Positions 34,797-45,622 are shown, counted from the first letter of the stretch. The stretch is DNA of 64,000 nt from an uncultured delta proteobacterium (GCA_963760795.1 CAVXEP010000020.1:128001-192000), one strand, 5' to 3'. The notes: generated by a model not told the origin, from the letters alone. Numbers and translations are program-made.

Positions 34797-35768
34797 ATGA
34801 GCGTTGCCGCCGTTCTGTGGATAATTTTCGCGGTCGGCGTCGCTCCGAGCGATCTCGGCGCGCAGAGCACTGCGAAAAAAGTCCGCCTCGGCATCCAGTC
34901 CAACAACATCGGCTTTCTGCCGTTTCATCTCGCCTATCATAAAGGCTACTACCGCGAGCAGGGCATCGACTTGGAGACCATTTTCATGGCGACCCAGGCG
35001 GTCAACGCCGCCTTCGTGCGCGGCGATATCGACTACAGCGCCGCCATCAATGGAATGATTCAGACCATCGTGCGCGGCAACCCGGCCAAGATTCTCGCTT
35101 GTGCCGTCGATCGCCCGTTGATTTCCCTGATCGCACGCAAAGAAATCCGCACGGCACAAGAGTTGAAGGGCAAAAAGATCGGCGGCAGCACCCCGGGCGG
35201 CACCGCGACGTTGATGGCCGACGCCGCGCTCAAGCATTTGGGCTTTCAGGCGGGCCGCGATGTGACCATCGTACCGCTGCGAGAAAACCGCCTGGCAGCG
35301 CTGGAATCTGGCGCCGTCGACGCCGCGCTTCTCGGCGTGCCGGAAAATATTCTCGCAGTCGACCGCGGTTATAATGAACTGCTGTTCGTCGGCGATATCG
35401 TCAATTTTCCCCAGAACGCCATCGGCGCCTCAGTCAAGCGGATTCAAGAAAGCCCTGACGAAGTCTACGGCATGGTGCGGGCGGCGTTGCGCGCATTGAA
35501 TTTCGTTTTAGAGCCGCGCAACCGCGACGAAGTCATCACCATCGTCATGAAACAATGGAAGCTCACCGACCGGCGTATCGCCACGGAGATGCTCCGCCAG
35601 TTTAATCGCGGCATGGCCCGCGACCTGATGGCCAAGCCCGAAGGCATGCAGCTAATGATCGACTTGGTGCGCGAAGACTCGAAAGTCACCCAACCGTTCA
35701 CGATCCCGCAAATCGTTGACTACAGCTTCCTCGAAAAAGCCCGCCGCGATCTCGGTGCGAGCCGTTGA
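34797..35768 (+). CDS. ABC substrate-binding protein, NMT1 family
   Basis: KGYYREQGIDLE, LKGKKIG, RLAALESG and VDYSFL motifs. Confidence 0.87.
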   Translation: MSVAAVLWIIFAVGVAPSDLGAQSTAKKVRLGIQSNNIGFLPFHLAYHKGYYREQGIDLETIFMATQAVNAAFVRGDIDYSAAINGMIQTIVRGNPAKILACAVDRPLISLIARKEIRTAQELKGKKIGGSTPGGTATLMADAALKHLGFQAGRDVTIVPLRENRLAALESGAVDAALLGVPENILAVDRGYNELLFVGDIVNFPQNAIGASVKRIQESPDEVYGMVRAALRALNFVLEPRNRDEVITIVMKQWKLTDRRIATEMLRQFNRGMARDLMAKPEGMQLMIDLVREDSKVTQPFTIPQIVDYSFLEKARRDLGASR

Positions 35769-35794
35769 TCCAGTTTGACTGGAATACCGGATTT

Positions 35795-36042
35795 CACCAC
35801 GAAGGTCACGTAGCGCACGAAGTTCGGAATATTATTCATCCGAAAGCTTCGTGTCGTTGCAAGTTTACCCGGCTTGGGTAAATCACCCGGTACAATCCTC
35901 CACCCTTGCACAACCAAGAGGGCGGGCTTCAAACCCGCCTCTACATTTCGGAATTCCAGCTCTGAATTATTTGCGTTCTTTGCGGCCAATTCTCCGAGTC
36001 CGAATCTTCTACACTATGCTCTATGTGCCCTCTGCGGTGAAA
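35795..36042. repeat. Mosaic of four palindromic repeat families
   Basis: CACCACGAAG unit (35795-35853); GAGGGCGGGCTTCAAACCCGCCTCTAC REP; TTTGCGTTCTTTGCGGCC; CTCTGCGGTGAAA. Confidence 0.7.
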
Positions 36043-36119
36043 TTGCTGCGCCGCTTTGTTTCAGCTTTGCCGCCTCTGGCTGATTGTGTTACAGCGTTAA
36101 CGATTAGCAGGAGAACAAC

Positions 36120-37133
36120 GTGCGCTTTTATATCAACATTCTCACGACCTACTACCCGGACATCGATCCGCCCTACGATGTCTACTACCAGCAAATTTTG
36201 CAGCAGATCGAGCTCGCCGAGGAACTGGGCTGGGAATGTTTCATGTTCAATGAACATCACTTCCTCGGCTACGGCGGACTAGTGGCGAATCCCGCCGTGC
36301 TGTTGGCCACCGCGGCGGCGCGTACCAAGAAAATCCGCCTCGGCCCTTGCATCGCCATCCTGCCGCTGCGCCATCCGCTCCACACCGCCGAAGACTACGC
36401 CATGGTCGACGCCATTTCCGGCGGTCGCTTGGAGTTTGGCATCGGCTCAGGCAACACCGAGATGGATTACCGCGTCTTCGGCGTCACTAGGGAAAACGAT
36501 CGCGAGCGCGCCGCCGAAGCCCTCGAAGTGATTTTGAAAGTTTGGTCCAACGAGCGCGCCAGCCATCAGGGCAAGTTCTGGCAATTCGAAGAATTGACGC
36601 TTTACCCGCGGCCAGTGCAACAGCCCCACCCACCGATCTGGGTCGCCGGCACTTCAGCGCAAGGCTTGGGTTGGGCGGGGCTGCAGGGCTATCACATTAT
36701 GACCGTCGGCCATCCTCATCCGCCGGAACGAGTTGGCCCCGGCGTCGCGGCTTGGAAGCAAGGCTTGATTGAAGCCGGCATCGATCCCAAAGATCGCCAT
36801 TGCCAATTTCACGTCCGCACTCATGTCAACGAGAACGCCGCGCGCGCCAAAGAGATCGGCATGGCAGCGGTGACACGCTACGACGAGATTTCACGCATCG
36901 GCCGCCGTTCGTTAACCGCCGCGCCGGGAGAATACGACTGGGACATGATGTTGGCCACCGGGAGAAATAACTACGGCGATCCCGGACAGGTGATCCGGGG
37001 CATTCACAACGCCGGCAAGAACTATTACTTCGACACGCTCACCACCACATTCAATTACGGCGGTATTCCCCATCAGGAAATCTTGAAATCCATGCGCCTG
37101 TTCGCCAAAGAAGTAATGCCGGCATTCAAATAG
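36120..37133 (+). CDS. LLM-class flavin-dependent oxidoreductase
   Basis: NEHHF, RTKKIRLG, SGGRLEFGIG, PRPVQQPHPPIW and MRLFAKEVMP motifs. Confidence 0.92.
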   Translation: MRFYINILTTYYPDIDPPYDVYYQQILQQIELAEELGWECFMFNEHHFLGYGGLVANPAVLLATAAARTKKIRLGPCIAILPLRHPLHTAEDYAMVDAISGGRLEFGIGSGNTEMDYRVFGVTRENDRERAAEALEVILKVWSNERASHQGKFWQFEELTLYPRPVQQPHPPIWVAGTSAQGLGWAGLQGYHIMTVGHPHPPERVGPGVAAWKQGLIEAGIDPKDRHCQFHVRTHVNENAARAKEIGMAAVTRYDEISRIGRRSLTAAPGEYDWDMMLATGRNNYGDPGQVIRGIHNAGKNYYFDTLTTTFNYGGIPHQEILKSMRLFAKEVMPAFK

Positions 37134-37192
37134 ATCCCATGAGCGAACCGGCGCCGTCCGCTGGCAGAAATTATAGATGGAATAATTGGCGC

Positions 37193-37645
37193 CTACTTGG
37201 TGCCAGCGCCGAGGGGTAGGATCTCTAATATAACTTTGGTCATTCCCTGGTGCATGAAGCCGAGGATCCTGGCAGCACGATGCGTGAGGTCGATCACCCG
37301 ACCAGGCTGCATCGGACCGCGATCGTTGACCCGCACGATTACGCTCTTGTAATTGCGCAAATTGGTCACCCGCACGAGGGTGCCGAAGGGCAGCGTTTTA
37401 TGCGCCGCGGTCAGCCCCTTGTGGTCGAAAGATTCGCCGCTGGCGGTACGGCGCCCCTGAAACGTCGCGTGGTAGAAGGCCGCCAGGCCGGTTTGGTCGG
37501 ATGGCGCCGGCTCGGAAGTTTTTTCAAGCTCTTCCAGCGGCGCTGGAGCGTTGTCGTTTTCTGCTTCTTGGCAGAAGGCAATTTCAATTCTTGCCAGGGC
37601 CAAGCCGAGAACTAGCGCACGAACAAGCCCCAATGAAGCAGTCAT
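37193..37645 (-). CDS. rlpA: RlpA-family lytic transglycosylase (DPBB domain)
   Basis: RTASGE, TAAHKTLPFGT and VRVNDRGP..RVIDL motifs. Confidence 0.88.
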   Translation of the reverse strand: MTASLGLVRALVLGLALARIEIAFCQEAENDNAPAPLEELEKTSEPAPSDQTGLAAFYHATFQGRRTASGESFDHKGLTAAHKTLPFGTLVRVTNLRNYKSVIVRVNDRGPMQPGRVIDLTHRAARILGFMHQGMTKVILEILPLGAGTK

Positions 37646-37650
37646 TGCGG

Positions 37651-38679
37651 CTATTTTAGAATATCTTTCAAGCGCGTGACTAGGGGAGCGTCCAAACGAA
37701 GCAGCTCTGTCACGTTTCGCTCCAATTCTTCTCCTGAACCGGGATTGATTTCCAATCTGGCTTTTTTTGCCTCGGCGAGCAGCTCCGGATCGCGAATCGC
37801 CTCCATAAAACTCTTGCGTAATATCTCCACAATATTTTTCGGCGTCTCGGGCGGCAGCAAGTACGGCCGCACCGCTGCGCCGTGGCTCTGCGCCACGGCA
37901 GCGATCAATTTTTTTGCTTCGTCGTTCTTGGCAAGGCTCATCGCCAGCGGCAACTTGGGCAGATCGGCATGGGCCTTTGTCGTCAATTGCGCGAGCAGAA
38001 CCGCTTCGCCGCTCTCCAACTCTTGGGTCCAGGTCGATTTCAAGGACTGCCACGAGTTGCTCAGACCGGCGACCTCGCCGCTGTTGAAAGCCAAACGAAT
38101 CGGCGCGGTACCTTTATAACCGCTGACGATTTGAATGGGCACGCCGAGTGTCGCTTCGATGACTTTGGGGATATCGTAGGTCCCGTCTCCCGGTGCGATG
38201 GCGCCGAACTTGATCGACGTCTTTGAGCTCATCCACTGCTCCATGCTGTTGACGCCACTCGCCTTGGCCACCGTAAGGACGAAATTATCCTGGGCTGGCA
38301 CACCGATATATTCGAAGCGCCGGGCATCGAACTCGATACCGGGCCGGCCGAGGAGTTGCTGCAAAAACTGCCCGCCGACGAAATGACCGATGGTCAAGCC
38401 GTCGGCTTTAGCGACGCGATACATATAGTTGGCCGACAGCAGACCGCCGGCGCCAGGCATGTTGTCGACGATGACATTCGGTGTCCCCGGGATATGTTTG
38501 CTAAAGTGGCGCGCCAAAAGCCTCGTGTACGTGTCGTAGCCGCCGCCGGGCGCAGTGCCCACGATAATGCGGATGGTCTTGCCCTCGTAGTATGGCGTGG
38601 CGGTGTAAGCTGCCGGCACCGGCAGCAACAATGAAGCGATGGCGATGAAAAGAATCTGGATTCGAACTAGTGAAATCAT
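37651..38679 (-). CDS. Tripartite tricarboxylate transporter substrate-binding protein (TctC/Bug)
   Basis: IVGTAPGGGYD, NMPGAGG, DGLTIG and GYKG motifs. Confidence 0.9.
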   Translation of the reverse strand: MISLVRIQILFIAIASLLLPVPAAYTATPYYEGKTIRIIVGTAPGGGYDTYTRLLARHFSKHIPGTPNVIVDNMPGAGGLLSANYMYRVAKADGLTIGHFVGGQFLQQLLGRPGIEFDARRFEYIGVPAQDNFVLTVAKASGVNSMEQWMSSKTSIKFGAIAPGDGTYDIPKVIEATLGVPIQIVSGYKGTAPIRLAFNSGEVAGLSNSWQSLKSTWTQELESGEAVLLAQLTTKAHADLPKLPLAMSLAKNDEAKKLIAAVAQSHGAAVRPYLLPPETPKNIVEILRKSFMEAIRDPELLAEAKKARLEINPGSGEELERNVTELLRLDAPLVTRLKDILK

Positions 38680-38887
38680 TCAGGACACTCCCGTGAAGCA
38701 AAGATTCGACTCATTCGTCTAATAACAAAAGCTAACCTGGGCAACAAGAGCGATTGGTGCTTGACGCCCTCTAACATCTGCCTATGCTGCGCGGCAATCG
38801 TGAAATACGATTCGATTCAACTCGAAGAAATCAAGCGGCGAAAAAACAATGAATATTCAGCGTGACTGGGCGCGCACTAGAGCGATA

Positions 38888-39916
38888 CTACTTCAATGTC
38901 TCTTTCAACTTCGCGACTAACGCCGGCTCAATTTTGAACAACTCGCGCACCTGTTTTTGAATCTCTTCACCGTCGATAGGGTCGAGATCGAGCTTGGCCT
39001 TTTGCGCGTCGGCAACGAACTCAGGATCTTTCATCGTCTCCATGAAGGCTTTGCGCAACAGCAGGACGCGATCCTTGGCGGTGCCTGGCGGCAGGACGTA
39101 GAAGCGATTGAGCACGCCGTTGACGCGCGCTGTGGTGAGGATCATCTTGCGTGCTTCTTCGCTCTTGGTCAGATCGGCGGCCCAGGGGACGTTGGGAATA
39201 TCCGGGTGGGGCTTCAAATTGGCTTGAACGAGATAAGTCACTTCACCCTTGTCCAACTCGGCGCGCCAGGTCGATCGAAACGATTCCAGAGAATTGCTGA
39301 TGCCATGCACTTCGCCGGCATTGAATGCCAGCCGCACCGGCCCGGTGCCTTTGTAGCCCGACACCATTTGCAGCGGCAATCCCAAGGTCGCCTTCAATAC
39401 TTTTGGAATATCGTCGGTGCCACCGCCGGGCGCCACGCCGCCAATCTTCAGTACCGTGCCCGACGCCTTCCACTGTTCAACGCTCGTAATACCGGTGGAC
39501 TTAGCGATGCCGATAATGAAATTATCCTGCGCCGGCACGCCCAAGTACTCGAACTTGGGGCCATCGAACGCTACGCCCGGCAAGCCTAGAATTTGTTGAA
39601 AGACCAGACCGCCGACGAAATTGCCAATGGTGAGTCCATCCGGCTTGGCGACTTTGTAGACATGATTCGCCGCCAGCAAACTCGCCGCCCCCGGCATATT
39701 GTCGACCACCATCGCCGGCGTTCCAGGAATATGTCTCCCCATATGGCGCGCGATCACTCGCGAGTAGGTATCGAAGCCGCCGCCCGGCGCCAGACCGACG
39801 ATCAGTCGAATGGTTTTGCCTTTGAAGAACCCATCCTGCGCAAAAAGAACCGCTGGCGAATTGATTGCCACCGTGAACACGAGCACCGCCAATACACGGG
39901 CCATGAGCGAAACCAT
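38888..39916 (-). CDS. Second TctC/Bug family protein
   Basis: VGLAPGGGFD, NMPGAA, KPDGLTIG motifs. Confidence 0.9.
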   Translation of the reverse strand: MVSLMARVLAVLVFTVAINSPAVLFAQDGFFKGKTIRLIVGLAPGGGFDTYSRVIARHMGRHIPGTPAMVVDNMPGAASLLAANHVYKVAKPDGLTIGNFVGGLVFQQILGLPGVAFDGPKFEYLGVPAQDNFIIGIAKSTGITSVEQWKASGTVLKIGGVAPGGGTDDIPKVLKATLGLPLQMVSGYKGTGPVRLAFNAGEVHGISNSLESFRSTWRAELDKGEVTYLVQANLKPHPDIPNVPWAADLTKSEEARKMILTTARVNGVLNRFYVLPPGTAKDRVLLLRKAFMETMKDPEFVADAQKAKLDLDPIDGEEIQKQVRELFKIEPALVAKLKETLK

Positions 39917-40033
39917 ATGTTCCTCCCGCGATAACTGACTATCGAGCACAATCGATCTCCCGCCAGACACGATGTGATAGCGCCTAAAGTAACTTTTTAT
40001 GAGCCGGATCATCGGACCATTCACCCTTGACCA

Positions 40034-41044
40034 TCACCGGCCAAGCCCGGCGATAAAACCGCTTTTATCCAGCTCCTGCAGAATGCTGTCGTCGTAGAAC
40101 CGTTTGGGATCTTGACCTTTTGCCTTGGGATTGACCAGAGCCAGTTCATCGATCACCGTGCGAAACGATTCCGCGCTCGGCGTCGGCATGCGCTTCAAAT
40201 ACTTAGTCACGGAAACCTCGTAGGTCTCTTCCATCATCTCGCGGTCCTTGGTGCGGAAATACTTCATCAGCATTTCGATGGTGAACGCTTTGTCCCGCTT
40301 GATTCGGGCGGTCGCCTCAAGAATCGATTTCACATAACTGGTCACAACATCGCGGCGCTGATTCATGAAACTCTTGCGCACGGTGATGCCGGTCGACGCG
40401 TAGGGAACCCCAAGCGAAGCGATGTCGAGCAGCTCGCGAAACCCCTCCCGGCGCGCCTGAATCAAATTGGGATAAGACAAAATCGCCCCTTGAATGCGCC
40501 CGCCGCGCAGCGCCGCGACGCCCGAGGAAACCGCGCCCACTTGCACCAGCATTACGTCCTTCATTGCTTCCAAACCGTAATGATGCAGCGCCATACGCGC
40601 CGCGGTATCGATGGAAGTGCCGAACCGGCTGATGCCCACCGCCTTGCCTTTCAACTCCTCCGCGCGCTGAATGCTCGGAATCGTCATCAGACTCGTCACC
40701 AAACGCTCCGTGGTGATCGCCAGCGATACGACATCCGAGCCGCCGATGGCCGCGCTCGCCGTCGTGCTGCCGGCAATGGCAAGGAACTCGATCTCGCCGG
40801 CGATCATCGCCGCCATTCCCTCCGTGCCGCTGGGAAACGCCACGAGATCGATGTCGAGGCCATATTTCTTGTAGTACCCAGCATCCTTCGCCGCCCAATA
40901 CGGCGCCATGTTCCCGGAGAGCGAAGCATAGCCGGCACGCAACCGGCGGCCATCTTGCGCCGAGCCCGGCGACGAAGAACAGACCACACCAACCGACATT
41001 ACGGTCACGAAAAACAGAACTCGAAAAGACAAATACTTCATCAT
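40034..41044 (-). CDS. ABC substrate-binding protein, NMT1 family
   Basis: AKDAGYYKKYGL, LKGKAVGISRFG and DDSILQELDKSGFI motifs. Confidence 0.88.
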   Translation of the reverse strand: MMKYLSFRVLFFVTVMSVGVVCSSSPGSAQDGRRLRAGYASLSGNMAPYWAAKDAGYYKKYGLDIDLVAFPSGTEGMAAMIAGEIEFLAIAGSTTASAAIGGSDVVSLAITTERLVTSLMTIPSIQRAEELKGKAVGISRFGTSIDTAARMALHHYGLEAMKDVMLVQVGAVSSGVAALRGGRIQGAILSYPNLIQARREGFRELLDIASLGVPYASTGITVRKSFMNQRRDVVTSYVKSILEATARIKRDKAFTIEMLMKYFRTKDREMMEETYEVSVTKYLKRMPTPSAESFRTVIDELALVNPKAKGQDPKRFYDDSILQELDKSGFIAGLGR

Positions 41045-41223
41045 CACTCCTCGACTATTCTTGAAAGCCTTGCACGGGTCACGCCGGAGCGCGAGCTTAA
41101 GTAAATGATACAATTGAAGAAAGATTTCCCGCTACGCTTGAAAATGACACGTTGTGAGTTCGCGGTCATCGCCAACGAAGATAAGCATCTCGACTCGACG
41201 CCGCCTGCAACTCAGGCGTTCGC

Positions 41224-42204
41224 TCATCGACCACTTGCAACACCGAGCTCCTGCTGCGCCCGCCGCAAATAGCTCAAGTCCAGATATTTTTCCGGCGCCG
41301 GATAGGGTTTGCTCTTAAACAGTCTGTCGCCCATCAAGTCGATCAAACGCTGGAACCCTTCGCGATTGACCGATCCGTCTTTGCTGATAATCCCTTGGGT
41401 CAGATATTCGTCGACGGTCACGCGCGTCGACTTGAGCGGAATGCCGGTGCGTTTGGCGACCAATTCGGCGGCTTGCTCGCGGTTGCCGTGGGCCCACTGC
41501 ATGGCCCGCACCATCGATTTCAAATAGCGTACCGTCAGCGGACTATTCGCCTCAGCCCACTTGCTGTCGACGATCAAGCTGTGAAACTGCAAGTTAGGAA
41601 TATAGTCCGACAGTTTTGCGATCTCCCTAAAGCCCAACTCGCGCGAGCGCGGCAGGTCGCCGCCGAGCAACATCGTCGCCGAAGTGCTGCAAGTCTTGAG
41701 ACTGGCGAGCCGCTGGCCGGTGGGACCGTTTTGAATGATCGTGTAGTCGCGGTTGACCTCCAGCCCTTCAGCTTTCAACATCTCACGCAAAAAAATCGTG
41801 CTGCCGGAAACCAAGCTGACCACGCCGATGTTGGTGCCCTTCAGCTCTTTAATGCTTTTGTACTTGGGACAGGTGACGAGAGTGTAAGCGGCCACCGGCA
41901 CCGTACCGCCGATGATCTTCAAAGACGCGCCGCGCTCCACCGCGTTGATCGCCGCCGAGGGATCGACGATGGCGACGTTCACCTGCCCGGCGATGAGCGC
42001 CTGGATCAACGTATCGGTGGAACCGATCAATACGACATCGCCTTGAATGCCTTCCTGGCTAAAAAATCCCCTGTCGGTGGCGGCATAGTTCGGCAATTGC
42101 TCGACCGTGCGCGAGACATTGCCAATGATTACTCGGTCCGCGGCATTGGCCGACATAGTGAAGAAAAACACGATCAACCACGCTGCCACGGCTATGAAGG
42201 TCAT
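41224..42204 (-). CDS. ABC substrate-binding protein, NMT1 family
   Basis: RGFFSQEGI, LKGTNIGV and YLDLSYL motifs. Confidence 0.86.
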   Translation of the reverse strand: MTFIAVAAWLIVFFFTMSANAADRVIIGNVSRTVEQLPNYAATDRGFFSQEGIQGDVVLIGSTDTLIQALIAGQVNVAIVDPSAAINAVERGASLKIIGGTVPVAAYTLVTCPKYKSIKELKGTNIGVVSLVSGSTIFLREMLKAEGLEVNRDYTIIQNGPTGQRLASLKTCSTSATMLLGGDLPRSRELGFREIAKLSDYIPNLQFHSLIVDSKWAEANSPLTVRYLKSMVRAMQWAHGNREQAAELVAKRTGIPLKSTRVTVDEYLTQGIISKDGSVNREGFQRLIDLMGDRLFKSKPYPAPEKYLDLSYLRRAQQELGVASGR

Positions 42205-42217
42205 CGCAGCCTCCGCA

Positions 42218-43087
42218 TCATGGATTCTGGTAGTAGTTCGCATAGTAGTAATCCGCAATCTCCGCTCCGGTCGCTTTCCACACGCCGTCATGGGAACAGA
42301 TGTACTCCAGCGCCTTGTCGAGATATTTGATACGAAATGCCAAGCCGATGACGAACGGATGGAGAGGAATCGTCATCACCCGCGCCTGGCTCGCACCTTC
42401 GAGGTAAAGCGTATCGAACTGATCGCAGACCATTTGTAACCAGTCTTTCGGCGTGTGGCCGCCCTGAAAAATCACCCGGATGTCGTTTAGACCTTGCTGG
42501 TAAGGAATCGCGATCATGCGGCCCGACTGCACCCGCATGGCGCAGGGCTGATCGTCAAAACCCCAATCGCAGACGTAATCGAATCCTTCAGCGGCCAAAT
42601 GATCGAGCGTATGCGGGCTCTCGTCGCCGCCACCGGGACCGAGCCAACCGCGCGGCGCTTTGCCGGTGGCCGACGCAATCGTATCGCGGATCTGGCGGAT
42701 CACGCCGCGCTCTTCGTCGGCGGGATATTGATTCATGCGCGTATTGTTGGTGACTCCGTGACCGAGCCATTCCCAATTTCGTCGATTGCCTTCCTCGATA
42801 ATCGCCGGATGGTGCGCGCAGACATCGGCGTTGAGTAACACGCTGGCGCGCAGCGAATGTTTATCCAACACCTCCATCATGCGAAACACGCCGATGCGCG
42901 AGCCATAGTCGCGCAGCGCATAGCCGGTCACATCTGGCAATGCGGAACTCGTGGCGCCGGGAATCACCTTGTCGATATGGAAGAACTCGATATTAGGCGC
43001 CACCATGAGCGCGATCCGCGCGCCGTTGGGCCATTTGAACGGCTTGCGCCTGACAATCGCCGAGTAATCGTAACGCTCAGTTTGCAT
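42218..43087 (-). CDS. Polysaccharide deacetylase family (PuuE allantoinase-like)
   Basis: WPNGARIAL, DYGSRIGVFR, WEWLGHG, DDQP and LHPFVIG motifs. Confidence 0.87.
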   Translation of the reverse strand: MQTERYDYSAIVRRKPFKWPNGARIALMVAPNIEFFHIDKVIPGATSSALPDVTGYALRDYGSRIGVFRMMEVLDKHSLRASVLLNADVCAHHPAIIEEGNRRNWEWLGHGVTNNTRMNQYPADEERGVIRQIRDTIASATGKAPRGWLGPGGGDESPHTLDHLAAEGFDYVCDWGFDDQPCAMRVQSGRMIAIPYQQGLNDIRVIFQGGHTPKDWLQMVCDQFDTLYLEGASQARVMTIPLHPFVIGLAFRIKYLDKALEYICSHDGVWKATGAEIADYYYANYYQNP

Positions 43088-43117
43088 ACTTTTCTCCCGA
43101 TTTTCGATCCGAACCCT

Positions 43118-44092
43118 TCACTCCTGGCCTTTGCTCTTTACCCAATGCGAATCCGGAATATGCGTCTCGATGCACTGTCATATACCAGCGCGCGATCTCC
43201 GCGCGGCTGGGAAACCAAACCCTGTCACGCGCCTGGGCGTACTCGACGAACTCGCGCAGCGCGCCGATGCGATGGGCATGGCCCATCACATGGGGATGCA
43301 GGCCAACATTCATGATGCGCCCAGTCGCCGCGCCTTCCGAGTAAAGTTGATCGAAGCAAATTTTCAAGGTCTCCAGTCCCGCCGACGCCGACATGCCGCC
43401 GCGGGCGAACAGATTAAAGTCGTTGATGTCGTTGGAATAAGGCACGCAGACGATGGGCCCATTGCTAGTCTGAATCAAATAGGGCTGGTCGTCGTTCAAA
43501 TAGTCGCAATAAGCGAGCAAACCGAACTCTTTCAAAAATGCCGGCGTGTGCAGCGTGCCGCGGATCGCCGACGACAGCCACGCCTGGGCCGGGCGGCCGA
43601 CGACCTTTTCGTAAGTATCGAGCGTGCGCCGAATCACCGCGCGTTCTTCATCCGGGGATTGTCGGCGTAGTAAGTCAGCAAATCGTTCTGCGCCCAGTTG
43701 TGCGGCACCAGTTCCCAACCCCGCTCGTTGCAGGCGTCGACGATGCGACGGCGCTCGGTCATGGTCAGGCCGTTGATCGTGCACGACGGCTTGACTGCCG
43801 TTTTGTCGAACATCTCGATCATGCGCCAGACGCCGATCCGCTGGCCATACTCGCGCCAAGTCCAGTTCGCCGTATCGAGCACATCCCCCGGCAGCGCATG
43901 GGGAATCGTCATCGGCCCGCCGGTAAACAACGGCTCCTTCTGTCCCGGACGCGACGGCTCCCAGTATTCTAAATTAATCGTGATAATCAGCGCCAGCTGC
44001 GCGCCATCGGGAAAGCGTAGCGGCCCGCGGTCGGGAAGCGGCACGAAAGGGTAGTAGGAAGGCGGGGTTGAATTGCTTACGTCGTATGGCAT
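43118..44092 (-). CDS. Second PuuE-like deacetylase family protein; frameshifts near 43655 and 43170
   Basis: FPDGAQLAL, EYGQRIGVWR, NDDQPY, PYSNDIND and LHPHVMG motifs. Confidence 0.83.
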
Positions 44093-44096
44093 GGGC

Positions 44097-45095
44097 TTAT
44101 TTGCGCGCCTTGTCGATGAACCCGCTCTTCTTTAGCTCGTCGAGAATACTCGGTTCCATCACTCTTAAGGATTCCACTGTCTGGCCTTTCGCTTTCGGGT
44201 TGGTTTTTGCCAACTGGGCGATCACCAGCTCGACGCCTTTGCGCTCCGGCATGCTCAAAAGTCCCTCGGCATGGGTCCCTAAAAAATAGTCGTAACCGAT
44301 GCCGTACACTTCGTCGTCGGCGCGAATGTATTTTTTTATCACCTGGATCGTCAGCGCGCGATCGCGCTTGGCGATAAACAGCGCCTCCACCAACGCCTTG
44401 ACGAAGTTGGTCGCCCTTTCCTTGTTGGCTTCGAGATAACTACGTTTGATCATCAAGCAGCTTTGCGGGTAAGCCATGCCTGCTTCGGCCATGTCCAAGA
44501 GCAATGCCATTCGATGTTTCTTGATCGCCATGGTCGCGAACGGCTCGGTGAACAGCGAGGCTTCGGTGGAACCGTTGGTCAGTGCCGTAAGCCGGTTGGA
44601 ACTGCTGCCGAGCTGAATCACAGTCACCTGTTTGGGGTCAACGCCGAACTTTTCCAAACTCGCCTGCACCGCGAAATCGGTGGCCGAACCGAATTGGCTG
44701 ATGGAAACCTTCTTGCCGCGCAAATCTTGCACGCTCTTGATCTCCGGCCGGCCGACTACTTTGAAAGCGAATAGGTTGAATCCGCCGGTGATCATCGCGA
44801 TATCCGCGCCCTGTAAGTTGGCGGTGACCGCCAGCGCGCCGGTGGAAAAGAGAAACTGGCTGTCGTTTGACAGCAGCGTCTGCACACCCAGAGTGCCGCT
44901 ATTCATCACCAGGTATTCGACGTCCATGCCGTACCTTCTGAATAGCCCTTCCTGGTGGGCGACCCAAATGAGCGAATGAAGCGGCGTTATGCCGCCGCCG
45001 CTGACACGGATCTTCTCGGCGCCATGCAAATTGCCGGCGGCTAATAGAATTGCCAACAGGACTATGTGACCTAGACAACCCAGTTGCCTCATCAT
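44097..45095 (-). CDS. ABC substrate-binding protein, NMT1 family
   Basis: EGLFRRYGMDVE, LRGKKVSISQFGS and LDELKKSGFI motifs. Confidence 0.87.
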   Translation of the reverse strand: MMRQLGCLGHIVLLAILLAAGNLHGAEKIRVSGGGITPLHSLIWVAHQEGLFRRYGMDVEYLVMNSGTLGVQTLLSNDSQFLFSTGALAVTANLQGADIAMITGGFNLFAFKVVGRPEIKSVQDLRGKKVSISQFGSATDFAVQASLEKFGVDPKQVTVIQLGSSSNRLTALTNGSTEASLFTEPFATMAIKKHRMALLLDMAEAGMAYPQSCLMIKRSYLEANKERATNFVKALVEALFIAKRDRALTIQVIKKYIRADDEVYGIGYDYFLGTHAEGLLSMPERKGVELVIAQLAKTNPKAKGQTVESLRVMEPSILDELKKSGFIDKARK

Positions 45096-45126
45096 GCCAC
45101 CTTGCCGAGCGAAGCGATGGCTCGTC

Positions 45127-45168
45127 CAGAACGATTTGAACGGCTTGAACGTTTCGAACCGTTTGAGC
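45127..45168. repeat. TTGAAC periodic repeat
   Basis: GAACGATTTGAACGGCTTGAACGTTTCGAACCGTTTGAGC. Confidence 0.6.
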
Positions 45169-45180
45169 GGACGCGCAGCG

Positions 45181-45622
45181 TCACGACGCGACGATCTCCT
45201 CATACGTCGGCGTCGGCATGCCTTGCTTCCAACTGGCGTCGCGCAGTTCAATGCGATTGCCGCTCGGATCGAGAACGAAGAGCTGCCGGCCGGTGAAAAA
45301 ACCACCGGGCCGGTAATCCACCGGCTCGTGAATTTTGATTGCCAGCCGGTGAAAAAGCTTGCAAGCCTTGTCGAACATCTGGGGGCTGACGTCGAAGGCG
45401 TGGTGCAGCCGGCCATCCTGTTCGATCGGTGCGGTTGATCGGATCGTTGCGCTGGCACAGAAGAATGTTGTGATTGCCGAGCTTGAAGCAGGACATCGGC
45501 GTGTTCGCCAGCCGGCCGACATGCTCCAGGCCAAGAATCTCGCCGTAGAACTTCTCCGCCGCCTCCAAGTCGTTCACCGGAATCGACCAGTGTACGACGG
45601 CATCGAGTTTAAGTTTGTCCAT
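45181..45622 (-). CDS. VOC family protein (paralog of 5668); frameshift near 45428
   Basis: HWSIPVNDL, HNILLC, HHAFDV and DPSGNRIELRD motifs. Confidence 0.85.

Noticed and set aside
37646-38053. Long N-terminal extension of RlpA in the 286-aa ORF
   Set aside because: It overlaps the tctC gene in another frame; the plausible start is 37645.
45096-45458. 453-aa SBP with an N-terminal extension
   Set aside because: The extension overlaps the VOC gene and a repeat; the signal peptide begins at 45095.
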